A stretch of 64,000 nt of DNA from an uncultured Akkermansia sp. (GTDB lineage Bacteria; Verrucomicrobiota; Verrucomicrobiia; Verrucomicrobiales; Akkermansiaceae). Location: NCBI GenBank assembly GCA_947631275.1, contig CANRKR010000002.1, positions 296-64,295 on the forward strand, read 5' to 3'. Below, piece by piece: positions 37,346-46,058 of the stretch. How positions within the stretch are numbered: the stretch's first letter is position 1; each line of letters opens with the position of its first letter. The position numbers and the translations under genes were made by a program. Below the pieces are notes generated by a model. The model saw nothing but the letters and a program-made list of their open reading frames with translations, was not told the origin of the DNA and did no database searches.

Positions 37346-39747
37346 GCTTGATCTGTGGTGGAAGAGGGTGATTCATCATTACCGGGCACGGGCGGCAAAT
37401 CATCGGAGGTTTGCAAATCCGTTGGGGTATCACTTGCCAGAGGTAAATCCGGAGGCAGCTCCTGGAGCGGAGGGTTAGTCATCTTCCCCGTTTCTAGGAG
37501 CTCACGAACATTTTCACCGCTCAAGGTTTCGTAAGTGATGAGGTTTTCAGCGATGAGTTTCAGACGATCCTTGTTCTCAGTGAGAATGTTCTTGGCGCGG
37601 CGGTAGTTTTCCTCGACGATGCGTTGCACCTCCTCATCAATCAGCTGAGCGGTTCGTTCGGAGTAATTGCGCACGCTTTGAGCGAAATCGCGTGCGAGGA
37701 ACACTTCGTCGTGTCCGGAACTATATTCTACGGGACCCAGTCGCTCGCTCATGCCGTATACGCACACCATTTTCCGAGCAATCGATGTCGCCTGGCTGAT
37801 GTCGCCGCGAGCCCCGCCGGAGACATCGCCCATCATTACTTCCTCCGCGCACCGACCACCCATTGCCATCACGATGTAATCGAGCAGTTCGTTTTTGTAT
37901 TCGCTGTGCTTGTCTTCATCTGGCAGCATCATGGTTACCCCAAGCGCAGGCCCTCGCGGGATGATGGTGACTTTGTGCAAAGGAAGAGTCTTTGCCAGTT
38001 CCGTCTTGAGAAGGCAGATGGCATGACCGGCCTCGTGTACCGCAGTCATCCACTTTTCGCGATCTGTCAGTTCCAAAGATCTCCGTTCCTTACCCCAGCG
38101 CACTTTCTCCCTCGCTTCTTCCATGTCGTCCTGTTGTACGGCGGCGTGACCACGCCGCACGGCAATGAGGGCGGCTTCATTGACGAGGTTGGCAAGCTCG
38201 GCTCCGGAGAAACCTGTGGTTGCGCGGGCGATGGAACCGAGTTGCACCCCTTCGGCAAGCTTAATCTTGCGGGCGTGCACGCGCAGAATTTGCTCTCGCC
38301 CAGCGGCATCCGGAAGATTGACCATCACGCGTCTATCAAAACGTCCCGGACGCATCAGAGCCGGATCCAACACATCCTCGCGATTCGTCGCAGCGATGAC
38401 GATAATGTTCTCATTGTCTGTGAAGCCATCCATCTCCACCAACAGGGCATTCAGCGTTTGTTCACGTTCATCGTGACCTCCGCCAACGCCGTGCCCTCTG
38501 TGGCGGCCCACAGCGTCAATCTCATCAATGAAGATCAGGCAGGGAGTATGTTTCTTTGCTTCAGCAAACATATCACGCACGCGGCTTGCTCCGACACCTA
38601 CGAACATTTCCATGAAGTCTGATCCGGAGATGGTATAGAAGGGTACGCTTGCTTCACCGGCAATGGCTTTTGCCAGCAGAGTCTTGCCGGTTCCCGGGGG
38701 ACCTACCATGAGAATCCCTTTTGGAATATTACCTCCCAATGCGCGGAATTTTTCCGGTTTGCGCAGGTATTCCACGAGTTCCCACACCTCTTCTTTTGCC
38801 TCGGGGATACCTGCGACATCCTTGAAGGTGATGCGATTTTTATTCGGATCCAGCAGTCTGGCACGGCTTCTTGCAAACTTCATTGCGCTGCCGGGACCAT
38901 TCCCCTGCACTCGAAAGAGGAGGATGAAAAACAGGAGAATCAGCACGATAGGCAGACAGTTGATCAGAATAACCTGCAGCGTGTTGCTCTCCGATTTATA
39001 CTCTGCATGACTTCCAAGCAGATCGCGGATTTGCTCGCCCTGGTATTTTCCGCTGAAGGGAACCGTGAGCTCAACCACCTGGCGTCGATTCACCTTTGTT
39101 TGCGGATCTTTGCGGTAGCCGCCAATGATAACACCGTTGCCGGAGCTGCGCAGGTAAACTGTCGGAGCCTGGCTCATATCAATCCTTCCCTCCTCGCCGA
39201 GTGTACGGAACTGATCGGTGGACCACACGCGATCCTGATCCGGTTCGGGTTCCGGCACAGGAGAATCCGCACTTTCCATCACGGTGTTGGTGATACCGTA
39301 GCGATTACAGAGCGCCTTGATTTCATCACTGTCGGTGAAAGGCATGTAGAAGCGTCCGTAGACGAACTGGGGCTTATCCTTGTACATGACGGCGCGGATG
39401 ATGCCGGAATTCCCATTTTCGTTGGTGATGACTTGGATTGGGTATTCTTTCGGGTTATTAGTGATTACCATGCCCGAACGGTACTGCTTTACAAATTCGC
39501 CAAGACTCATCTCCCTCTTTCCTCCGCCCAGACCACCGTCGTACACAAAGAGCAGCATGATCACGCCCACAACGACGGCGAGAAGCATCCAGAGGCCCCA
39601 GTTTGGTTGACCTCCGGTTGATTCTGGCGGATGGGGTTGATTTCCATTGCCGGGGTCATCGCTTTGCGTGTGGCGAGGTGTGTTCTGCATCGGTTTCTGT
39701 GGCATAACGAATAAAAAGATGGATACTCCGACAGATGCATATACCAT
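37342..39747 (-). CDS. ftsH: ATP-dependent zinc metalloprotease FtsH
   Basis: Walker A is [18 protein letters not shown]; the zinc site is HEAGHA. There are two TM helices. Alternative in-frame ATGs lie at 39705 and 39690. Confidence 0.95.
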   Translation of the reverse strand: MVYASVGVSIFLFVMPQKPMQNTPRHTQSDDPGNGNQPHPPESTGGQPNWGLWMLLAVVVGVIMLLFVYDGGLGGGKREMSLGEFVKQYRSGMVITNNPKEYPIQVITNENGNSGIIRAVMYKDKPQFVYGRFYMPFTDSDEIKALCNRYGITNTVMESADSPVPEPEPDQDRVWSTDQFRTLGEEGRIDMSQAPTVYLRSSGNGVIIGGYRKDPQTKVNRRQVVELTVPFSGKYQGEQIRDLLGSHAEYKSESNTLQVILINCLPIVLILLFFILLFRVQGNGPGSAMKFARSRARLLDPNKNRITFKDVAGIPEAKEEVWELVEYLRKPEKFRALGGNIPKGILMVGPPGTGKTLLAKAIAGEASVPFYTISGSDFMEMFVGVGASRVRDMFAEAKKHTPCLIFIDEIDAVGRHRGHGVGGGHDEREQTLNALLVEMDGFTDNENIIVIAATNREDVLDPALMRPGRFDRRVMVNLPDAAGREQILRVHARKIKLAEGVQLGSIARATTGFSGAELANLVNEAALIAVRRGHAAVQQDDMEEAREKVRWGKERRSLELTDREKWMTAVHEAGHAICLLKTELAKTLPLHKVTIIPRGPALGVTMMLPDEDKHSEYKNELLDYIVMAMGGRCAEEVMMGDVSGGARGDISQATSIARKMVCVYGMSERLGPVEYSSGHDEVFLARDFAQSVRNYSERTAQLIDEEVQRIVEENYRRAKNILTENKDRLKLIAENLITYETLSGENVRELLETGKMTNPPLQELPPDLPLASDTPTDLQTSDDLPPVPGNDESPSSTTDQA

Positions 39748-39772
39748 GCAGTGTCTGTCTCATACTCCACAC

Positions 39773-39801
39773 ATCATACAACGATTTGGCGCACGTTCCA
39801 A
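39773..39801 (-). promoter_or_regulatory. sigma70-type promoter candidate for ftsH (TTGGAA-17-TATGAT)
   Basis: The minus strand reads TTGGAA (39801-39796), a 17-nt spacer and TATGAT (39778-39773). The predicted TSS is near 39766, upstream of all three candidate ftsH ATGs. Confidence 0.45.
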
Positions 39802-40019
39802 TGCCGGAGTGAGACATACTCCACGGGAAAGTGTGTCAGCCTGCAGACATCAAGTCAAGGAAGGGGACGAATTGCGAAGTTCGTGCGCTTTGCGCGAGGT
39901 TGCGGAACTGGTGCGGATGGTGATTTGAAACATACGTGGTGACTAGTTGGAGGACTGCCCGGATTCGTGTTGCATTTAATTTTGCAGTGAACATTGCCCA
40001 GGCGGAGTGGCGTTTTTAG

Positions 40020-40048
40020 TTGTACGTGGTGGGGCTGTGTGGTACAAT
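40020..40048 (+). promoter_or_regulatory. sigma70-type promoter candidate (TTGTAC-17-TGgTACAAT) for the 40064-47153 gene array
   Basis: TTGTAC at 40020-40025, 17-nt spacer, extended -10 TGgTACAAT ending at 40048. It is 15 nt before ATG 40064. Confidence 0.4.
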
Positions 40049-40063
40049 CCGCCCGGTAGGGGG

Positions 40064-41341
40064 ATGATGAAGAAGATAGGGAAAGGGCAAACACGCGAGC
40101 ATCTGCGCCGACGCGCGGCGGGACTCGTCGTGCGTGCATGGCACGGGGTGCTGAGTGCCGGGTTTGTTGTTGTGATGCTTCGACTGTTGATTGTAATCGA
40201 ACTCTGTTTGCTCGGCTTAGGCGTGGTACGCAGGCTGGAAAATTCCTACGATCGCGCCATGGAAGCAGCTCGGATGGAACTCGCGGCCATTGAAGCGGGC
40301 GAGCTGGCGGAGCAGCAGGAACGGTCCGAAAACGCCGGATTTGCCGGTATCAGCGCCGGGCAGCAGCAGGATTTTTCGGAAGCGAACAAAGATTCTCCGG
40401 ATGAGGCTCCTGATTTGCGTCCTCGTGATGTTGCAAGCATCGTTTCGGATGAGACTGGGGATATGGACGCTGCGGTGTCCTTATTGATGCCCGAAGAAGA
40501 GTCGGCAGAGAAGGGAGAAAACGGGAATCCCGTGAGTTCGGGGGATGAAAAGGTAGAGCAGCTGATACGGCAAGGAGTGGCAGCTATGATCGCGGGAGAT
40601 ATGCGCCGCTGCGTCCTGACATTGGAACAGGCGGCGGCACAAGCGCCGGAACATCCGGCGCTCTTGTACTACTATGGAGTAGCGTACGACAAATTGCTCA
40701 ACCCGGGCAGGGCTCGGGAATACTATGGAAGGCTCTTTCGTATGCGCGAGGCAGCCGGTAAGTATTTTTCACGTGCTGCGAAGCGTCTGACTTACGGCAT
40801 GGAATTGCCGTCTGCAATGCGCGGCAAACTTGCTTTCGGCCCTCATCGCGTGCAGTACACGGATGATGTGGAGCAGGGGGAACACGTGCGGATTCTCTTG
40901 CCCGTTTTGCTGGCCGATGGTGAAGAGGTGCGACCGGATGACATTTACATTGCCATTCAATTTTTTGTGACTCTCAATGGCAAGAAGGTGGACTTTGCTC
41001 CGCAGGAGCCCAAACTCTCCTGGGTGAATGGGCAACCAACTTGGAAGGACGGGGAAGAAAATTTGGAAGTTCATTATATACTCCCCCCTCGTGATGAGAT
41101 GGATGAGACCCGAGCCGGTGATTTGAAATACTATGGCTTTACCGCGAAACTGTACTACAAGGGAGAGCCGATGGATTGCATCAGTGTGCCGTCGTCGCTG
41201 ATTCTTCACGAGCAGTTGCTTAACAGTCGACGCGGCTCCTCCGGACCTGGAGGACTTCTTCCCGATGATGGTTTATCCTCCCCTTATTCCGAGGAGGCTG
41301 TGCCCTATTCCGATGAATACCCCGACACGACACCTCTCTGA
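40064..41341 (+). CDS. hypothetical membrane-anchored protein with an acidic linker, a TPR-like motif and a beta-rich C-domain
   Basis: ATG 40064 gives MMKKIGKGQTREHLRRR, followed by a TM helix (VLSAGFVVVMLRLLIVIELCLLGLGVV). The TPR-like segment is PALLYYYGVAYDKLLNPGRAREYYGRLF. The track ORF starts at 40007. Confidence 0.7.
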   Translation: MMKKIGKGQTREHLRRRAAGLVVRAWHGVLSAGFVVVMLRLLIVIELCLLGLGVVRRLENSYDRAMEAARMELAAIEAGELAEQQERSENAGFAGISAGQQQDFSEANKDSPDEAPDLRPRDVASIVSDETGDMDAAVSLLMPEEESAEKGENGNPVSSGDEKVEQLIRQGVAAMIAGDMRRCVLTLEQAAAQAPEHPALLYYYGVAYDKLLNPGRAREYYGRLFRMREAAGKYFSRAAKRLTYGMELPSAMRGKLAFGPHRVQYTDDVEQGEHVRILLPVLLADGEEVRPDDIYIAIQFFVTLNGKKVDFAPQEPKLSWVNGQPTWKDGEENLEVHYILPPRDEMDETRAGDLKYYGFTAKLYYKGEPMDCISVPSSLILHEQLLNSRRGSSGPGGLLPDDGLSSPYSEEAVPYSDEYPDTTPL

Positions 41342-41350
41342 TTGATTCCC

Positions 41351-42718
41351 ATGAAGCCTATTTTTCCTCAACTTCCATCCAAGCTTGGTCTCTATACGGT
41401 GACTGAGAGACTCAGCTCGCGGCAATATTCAGAACTCTACAACGCGTACCAGAGCTATGTGGACCGTGGGGTGATTCTTGAGGCCCTTCGACCAGGGTGC
41501 GACGAAGCGAGGGCTAATTATTTCCTCGCTGCTGCGCAGGCGCGGGCGGCGGTGAATCTGCCAGGTGTCAGTCCTGTGCTGGAGTCTGCTCAGAGTGGAT
41601 CTATCATCTACCTTATCCAAGAACAACCTGTCGGCGAACCGTTTATTCGCCTTGTGCGTGAACGGCGGTTTTCGGTGAAAACCGCATTTCGTCTCGTGGA
41701 GGCCGTCGCGGAATTGTACGAAGCAGGGAGGAAGCAGAATGTGGTAGTTGCTCCGGTGACGGCAGATGCAATTTATATAGAAGAGAAACGCATCAATTTT
41801 CTTTCCACAGTCTCTCCGGATCTGCCTTCTTTTGCGCTCCAGACTGCGCAGATGTCCGCTCTGGCTGATCTGTTGGAGCAGGCGATTCCGCGTGCGTTGC
41901 TCAAAAACAGCAGCCTGCCGACAGTCATCAACTGGTTGCGCAACGGTTACAACGGTCGCCCCCTTGAATGGAGCTCCCTCAAATCGGCGCTGCGTGCCCT
42001 GCGTGCCCGCAGACATTCTCCTGATGAGTCATCTGACGGTTCCGGACACGCGAGTTTACGCATGCGGCTGAGGCGGTGGCTGCGCGAGTTCCGGGCGTCC
42101 GCTCGGTTGACGCTGTCATGTGTGTTGTTGGTTCTTGTGGTAGGAGGCGTCGGGTCGCAATTGATTCCGGAGGATATTTTTACCTCGTCCGATCCGGCGG
42201 TGGTTGGGGATCGTGTTTATGTCGAGGGGGAGCAAGTTTACGCGGTGAAGCGGTCACCAGTGAGTATTGCAGAATATTCCCGATTCATGAAGAAATGGGA
42301 GAAGATGAGCCCTGAGGAGCGTGAGCAGCTTGCAAGCGGACTGACTGAGGACCCTGAGGAGTTTTCCCCACGTGAGCCGCTGAATTGGGAAGAGCAGCTG
42401 AGCTTTGCTGAGGAGGGGGAGAAGCTAACCCCGGATTCTCCAGTGTTGGGTGTTGGATACTGTGAGGCAACTCTTTATGCGCGTTATGTCGGCGAGATGC
42501 TTGCTACGGCAGATCAGGTGTTGACCGCTCGCGAGCATGCTGCCGGTGTGAAGGAAGTGGAGGAATGGACCTCTTCATTCTCCCCGTCCCAAATGCCTTA
42601 TGATGGTTGTATCGTTATCTGTCCGGCTCAGGGCAAGACCCTGATTTACGCCACGGATGACCAGGAACAAGTTCCGCAGCGCGGTTTCAGAACTGTTTCT
42701 CTAATTGATGCTCAATAA
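41351..42718 (+). CDS. bitopic protein: kinase-like (apparently catalytically dead) N-domain, one TM helix, FGE/SUMF1-like C-domain
   Basis: By-eye alignment to the Hanks kinase fold shows VILEAL in place of VAIK, VVAPVTADAIYI in place of HRDxKxxN and NFLS in place of DFG. The TM helix is LTLSCVLLVLVVGGVG. The C-terminus has SPVLGVGYCEATLYARYVG and VEEWTSS. Confidence 0.65.
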   Translation: MKPIFPQLPSKLGLYTVTERLSSRQYSELYNAYQSYVDRGVILEALRPGCDEARANYFLAAAQARAAVNLPGVSPVLESAQSGSIIYLIQEQPVGEPFIRLVRERRFSVKTAFRLVEAVAELYEAGRKQNVVVAPVTADAIYIEEKRINFLSTVSPDLPSFALQTAQMSALADLLEQAIPRALLKNSSLPTVINWLRNGYNGRPLEWSSLKSALRALRARRHSPDESSDGSGHASLRMRLRRWLREFRASARLTLSCVLLVLVVGGVGSQLIPEDIFTSSDPAVVGDRVYVEGEQVYAVKRSPVSIAEYSRFMKKWEKMSPEEREQLASGLTEDPEEFSPREPLNWEEQLSFAEEGEKLTPDSPVLGVGYCEATLYARYVGEMLATADQVLTAREHAAGVKEVEEWTSSFSPSQMPYDGCIVICPAQGKTLIYATDDQEQVPQRGFRTVSLIDAQ

Positions 42719-42736
42719 ACGAACAAGTCAACGCTT

Positions 42737-43588
42737 ATGAATAAGATCATTCAGCAAACACTAGTCAGACTGCTGCTCATCGTGGGATTGTGGTGCGCAG
42801 CGCCGTTGCACGCCCAACTTGAGGTGCGACTGGAGCCGAGTCGGCGCGATTTTGTGGCGGGGGAAAATGTGCTGCTTGTTCTGACGATGATCAACCACAC
42901 GGATGCCTCCATTGCGCTTACAAACACACCGGGTCGCTGCTGGCTGCATATGGAGATTAATCGTCAAGGGGACAACGGCGCTGTGGCGCCCAGTGCGGTG
43001 CCGCGTTATCCGAATCAGACGATTGCTCCCGGCTCGCGTCGGGCGTGCCGGTTGGAGTTAAAAGATTATTTTAATCTGAATCGAGAGGGAATATACCGCA
43101 TACGCGCTATCCTGCGGATGCCGGATATGCAAACCGTCTATTCCTCCAATGTGGTCACCATCAATATTATTTCCGGGGGAGAGGTTGGAAGTTTTCAAAT
43201 TCAGGCACGCGGACAACACCTCAAAGTGAGTGTTCGCAATATCTTGTTGAATGGGAAGAACGTGCTTTTCGGACAAGTTCGTAATTCTGACACAAATAAG
43301 GTGATCGGCGCTTGCCCCATGGCTCAGTATCTGAGCTTTATGGCGCCGAAAATCAAATTAGACCGTGCCCAAAATCTTCATCTGCTTTGCCAGAGCACGC
43401 CCAAGTATTACACTTATGCTGTGATGGATACGCAGGGCAATCTGCGTTCGCAAAAGATTCTCGTGCCAAGTGGCGGCCCTGTCGATATGGTCAGCACCGG
43501 TGGTGGCATTCGCTATATTGGTCTTGTTCCCTACACAAAGCCCAAGGGCGAGAAATCTCACTACCACAGTGCATCCGAACGCCCGTAA
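42737..43588 (+). CDS. hypothetical secreted beta-rich protein
   Basis: 283 aa with a signal-like N-terminus (LVRLLLIVGLWCAAPLHAQ). No family recognised. There is an 18-nt gap to the previous gene and a 9-nt gap to der. Confidence 0.7.
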   Translation: MNKIIQQTLVRLLLIVGLWCAAPLHAQLEVRLEPSRRDFVAGENVLLVLTMINHTDASIALTNTPGRCWLHMEINRQGDNGAVAPSAVPRYPNQTIAPGSRRACRLELKDYFNLNREGIYRIRAILRMPDMQTVYSSNVVTINIISGGEVGSFQIQARGQHLKVSVRNILLNGKNVLFGQVRNSDTNKVIGACPMAQYLSFMAPKIKLDRAQNLHLLCQSTPKYYTYAVMDTQGNLRSQKILVPSGGPVDMVSTGGGIRYIGLVPYTKPKGEKSHYHSASERP

Positions 43589-43597
43589 ATTCACTCT

Positions 43598-44992
43598 ATG
43601 TCACAACCAACCATAGCTTTGGTCGGTCGTCCCAATGTAGGGAAGTCGGCTCTCTTCAACTGTCTTGTCGGTCGCAAGATTGCTATTGTGCACGACCAGC
43701 CGGGGGTGACACGCGATCGTCTCTGCGCGCCGTATACCCGCGGAGCCTATGAAGCATTGATTGTGGATACGGGGGGAATCGGAGCTGCTGCGGATGAGAA
43801 TTTTGCTGCGGCGGTGGAACGCGAGGCAGATATAGCGATGGAATCGGCAGACATCGTGCTATTCGTGTGCGATTGCCGAGAATCACTCACACAGGCCGAT
43901 CGCAGTATTGCGGTGCGACTCCATCGCAGTCGGACGCCTGTTTTGCTGGTGCTTAACAAAGCTGACACAGAGAAGCAGGAGCTTTCTTTCGGTGAATTTG
44001 CAGAACTCGGGTTTGAGGGGTGCCTCTTCACCTCTGCAGCTCACGGGCGTGGGTTGGATACGCTCTCTGAACGTTTGGACGAGATGCTCAAAACGCTGGG
44101 AACCTCCGCGAGGTCAGAAAAACATGACCAGGAAGAGCAGGAGAGCATTGCTCCACGGACGGAAGTGCGCCTCGCTGTGGTCGGTCGCCCGAATGCCGGG
44201 AAGTCCTCTCTTATCAACGCTATCCTGCAGGATCGCCGCACGATTGTGTCGGAGGTGGCGGGTACCACCCGTGATGCTGTGGACATTCCTTATCGCCGGG
44301 GAAACCAGGACTACGTACTCATTGATACGGCAGGGATGCGGCCGCGGTCTCGTCGCGACAGTTCGGTGGAGGTGTTTTCTGCCATGCGCAGCGAGCGTGC
44401 GATACGACGGGCAGATGTGTGTCTGCTGGTGGTGGATGCCGCTGCCGGTATCACTCACCAGGATCGCCGCATTGCTTCGACCATCGCAGAGGAAAAGAAG
44501 CCCTGCATTGTGGTGATGAATAAGTACGATTTGTTTTGTCCAGGTGCGCCGGATAAAGCACGTAGAGCCGAATTGGGAACTCTGGTGCGAGAGCAGCTTT
44601 TCTTTCTCGATAACGTACCCTTCGTCGTTGCCTGTGCCAGGGAAGCCCGGGGAGTTAGTCCCATTTTCTCCGCTATTGAGCGTCTCCGGAAAAGCAGTTC
44701 TGATTTTCCCGGCACGGGGGAATTAAACCGTCTCTTGCAGCGCGCTATGCTCATCAACCCCCCGCCGTCAGGTCGTTCTGCGGGCAGCACGCTGAAACTC
44801 TACTACGCTACGGTCGCATTGAATGAAAAGTACAGCGTAATTCCTGTGCCGACGTATGTGCTTTTTGTGAATGACAAGCGCTTGTTGAGTGATAGCTATG
44901 CTCAGTATCTGCGCAACACCATCCGCTCTCGCGCGGGTGCGGCGGGTATTCCTACGGTGCTTTCCGTTCGTTCTCGTGTGCGTCGCACTTGA
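43598..44992 (+). CDS. der: ribosome-biogenesis GTPase Der (EngA)
   Basis: 464 aa with tandem GTPase domains. GRPNVGKS occurs twice, and NKAD and NKYD motifs are present. Confidence 0.95.
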   Translation: MSQPTIALVGRPNVGKSALFNCLVGRKIAIVHDQPGVTRDRLCAPYTRGAYEALIVDTGGIGAAADENFAAAVEREADIAMESADIVLFVCDCRESLTQADRSIAVRLHRSRTPVLLVLNKADTEKQELSFGEFAELGFEGCLFTSAAHGRGLDTLSERLDEMLKTLGTSARSEKHDQEEQESIAPRTEVRLAVVGRPNAGKSSLINAILQDRRTIVSEVAGTTRDAVDIPYRRGNQDYVLIDTAGMRPRSRRDSSVEVFSAMRSERAIRRADVCLLVVDAAAGITHQDRRIASTIAEEKKPCIVVMNKYDLFCPGAPDKARRAELGTLVREQLFFLDNVPFVVACAREARGVSPIFSAIERLRKSSSDFPGTGELNRLLQRAMLINPPPSGRSAGSTLKLYYATVALNEKYSVIPVPTYVLFVNDKRLLSDSYAQYLRNTIRSRAGAAGIPTVLSVRSRVRRT

Positions 44993-45022
44993 TTCTATAC
45001 ACCTTTCTATCATTCAAACCCC

Positions 45023-46057
45023 ATGCCAAGAGAGACACCAGGCGGCGCCCCTATTTTGGAGGTGGATCAGCTGCAGTTTTACTATCCGGTACAGCAGGGG
45101 GTCCTTGGGGGGAAAAGGGGTGCTGTAAAAGCGGTGGATGGTGTTTCATTTTCTATCTTTCCCGGTGAGACTCTCGGCCTTGTGGGAGAGAGCGGCTGTG
45201 GCAAGAGCACGGTGGCTCGCTGCCTCGTCCGGCTACTTGAGCCTGCTGCCGGTCGGATATCTCTGCTTGGTAGAGATATCACGCATCTGCCTCAGTGGCG
45301 ACTACGCGAGGTGCGCCGCGAAGTTCAGCTCGTGTTTCAGGATCCCGCCGCGGCGCTCAATCCTCGTATGACTGTGCGGCGACTTATTGCGGAGCCTATG
45401 GTGGTGCAGGGCAAGACAAGTCGCCGCGACAGGATTGCTCGTGTCAATGAGCTGCTTGATCAGGTTGGTTTGCCGAGCAGTGTAGCGGATCATTTTGCAC
45501 ATGAACTCTCCGGAGGACAGAGGCAGCGCGTTTGCATTGCGCGTGCACTTTCTCGCTGCCCCAAACTACTGGTGTTGGATGAACCTGTGAGTGCGTTGGA
45601 CGTTTCGGTACAGTCTCAGGTTCTCAATCTTCTTCTCGACTTGCAGAGAGAATTGCAGCTTGCCTACCTCTTCATTTCGCATGACCTTTCCGTGGTGCGG
45701 CATATGAGCGATCGCGTGGCCGTGATGTATTTTGGGAAGATCGTGGAATCGGCGGACGCTGATCAATTGTACAGTCATCCTCTGCATGGTTATACCAGGG
45801 CGCTTCTTGCTGCTGTGCCCCGGGTGGATGTTCCGGCAGATCAAATGCCTCTCCCTCTGCCGGGGGATGTTCCGGATCCGCAGGATACGCACCCCGGCAG
45901 CGCCTTCGGTCGTCGTATCCACCACCCATTTCTGGAGGCAACGTATGGCATGGACCTCACTCCTCGCGAGATTGAGCCGGGGCATTGGGTCGCTCCGGAT
46001 CCCTGCGCTCTTTCACAGGAGGATTTGGCTCGCCTGGGAATTGATATTTACAGTTGA
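45023..46057 (+). CDS. ABC transporter ATP-binding protein, oligopeptide/dipeptide (OppF/DppF-like) type
   Basis: Walker A is GESGCGKST, the signature is [15 protein letters not shown] and Walker B is LLVLDEP. It has the C-terminal extension typical of the Opp/Dpp ATPases. Confidence 0.9.
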   Translation: MPRETPGGAPILEVDQLQFYYPVQQGVLGGKRGAVKAVDGVSFSIFPGETLGLVGESGCGKSTVARCLVRLLEPAAGRISLLGRDITHLPQWRLREVRREVQLVFQDPAAALNPRMTVRRLIAEPMVVQGKTSRRDRIARVNELLDQVGLPSSVADHFAHELSGGQRQRVCIARALSRCPKLLVLDEPVSALDVSVQSQVLNLLLDLQRELQLAYLFISHDLSVVRHMSDRVAVMYFGKIVESADADQLYSHPLHGYTRALLAAVPRVDVPADQMPLPLPGDVPDPQDTHPGSAFGRRIHHPFLEATYGMDLTPREIEPGHWVAPDPCALSQEDLARLGIDIYS

Positions 46058-46058
46058 C

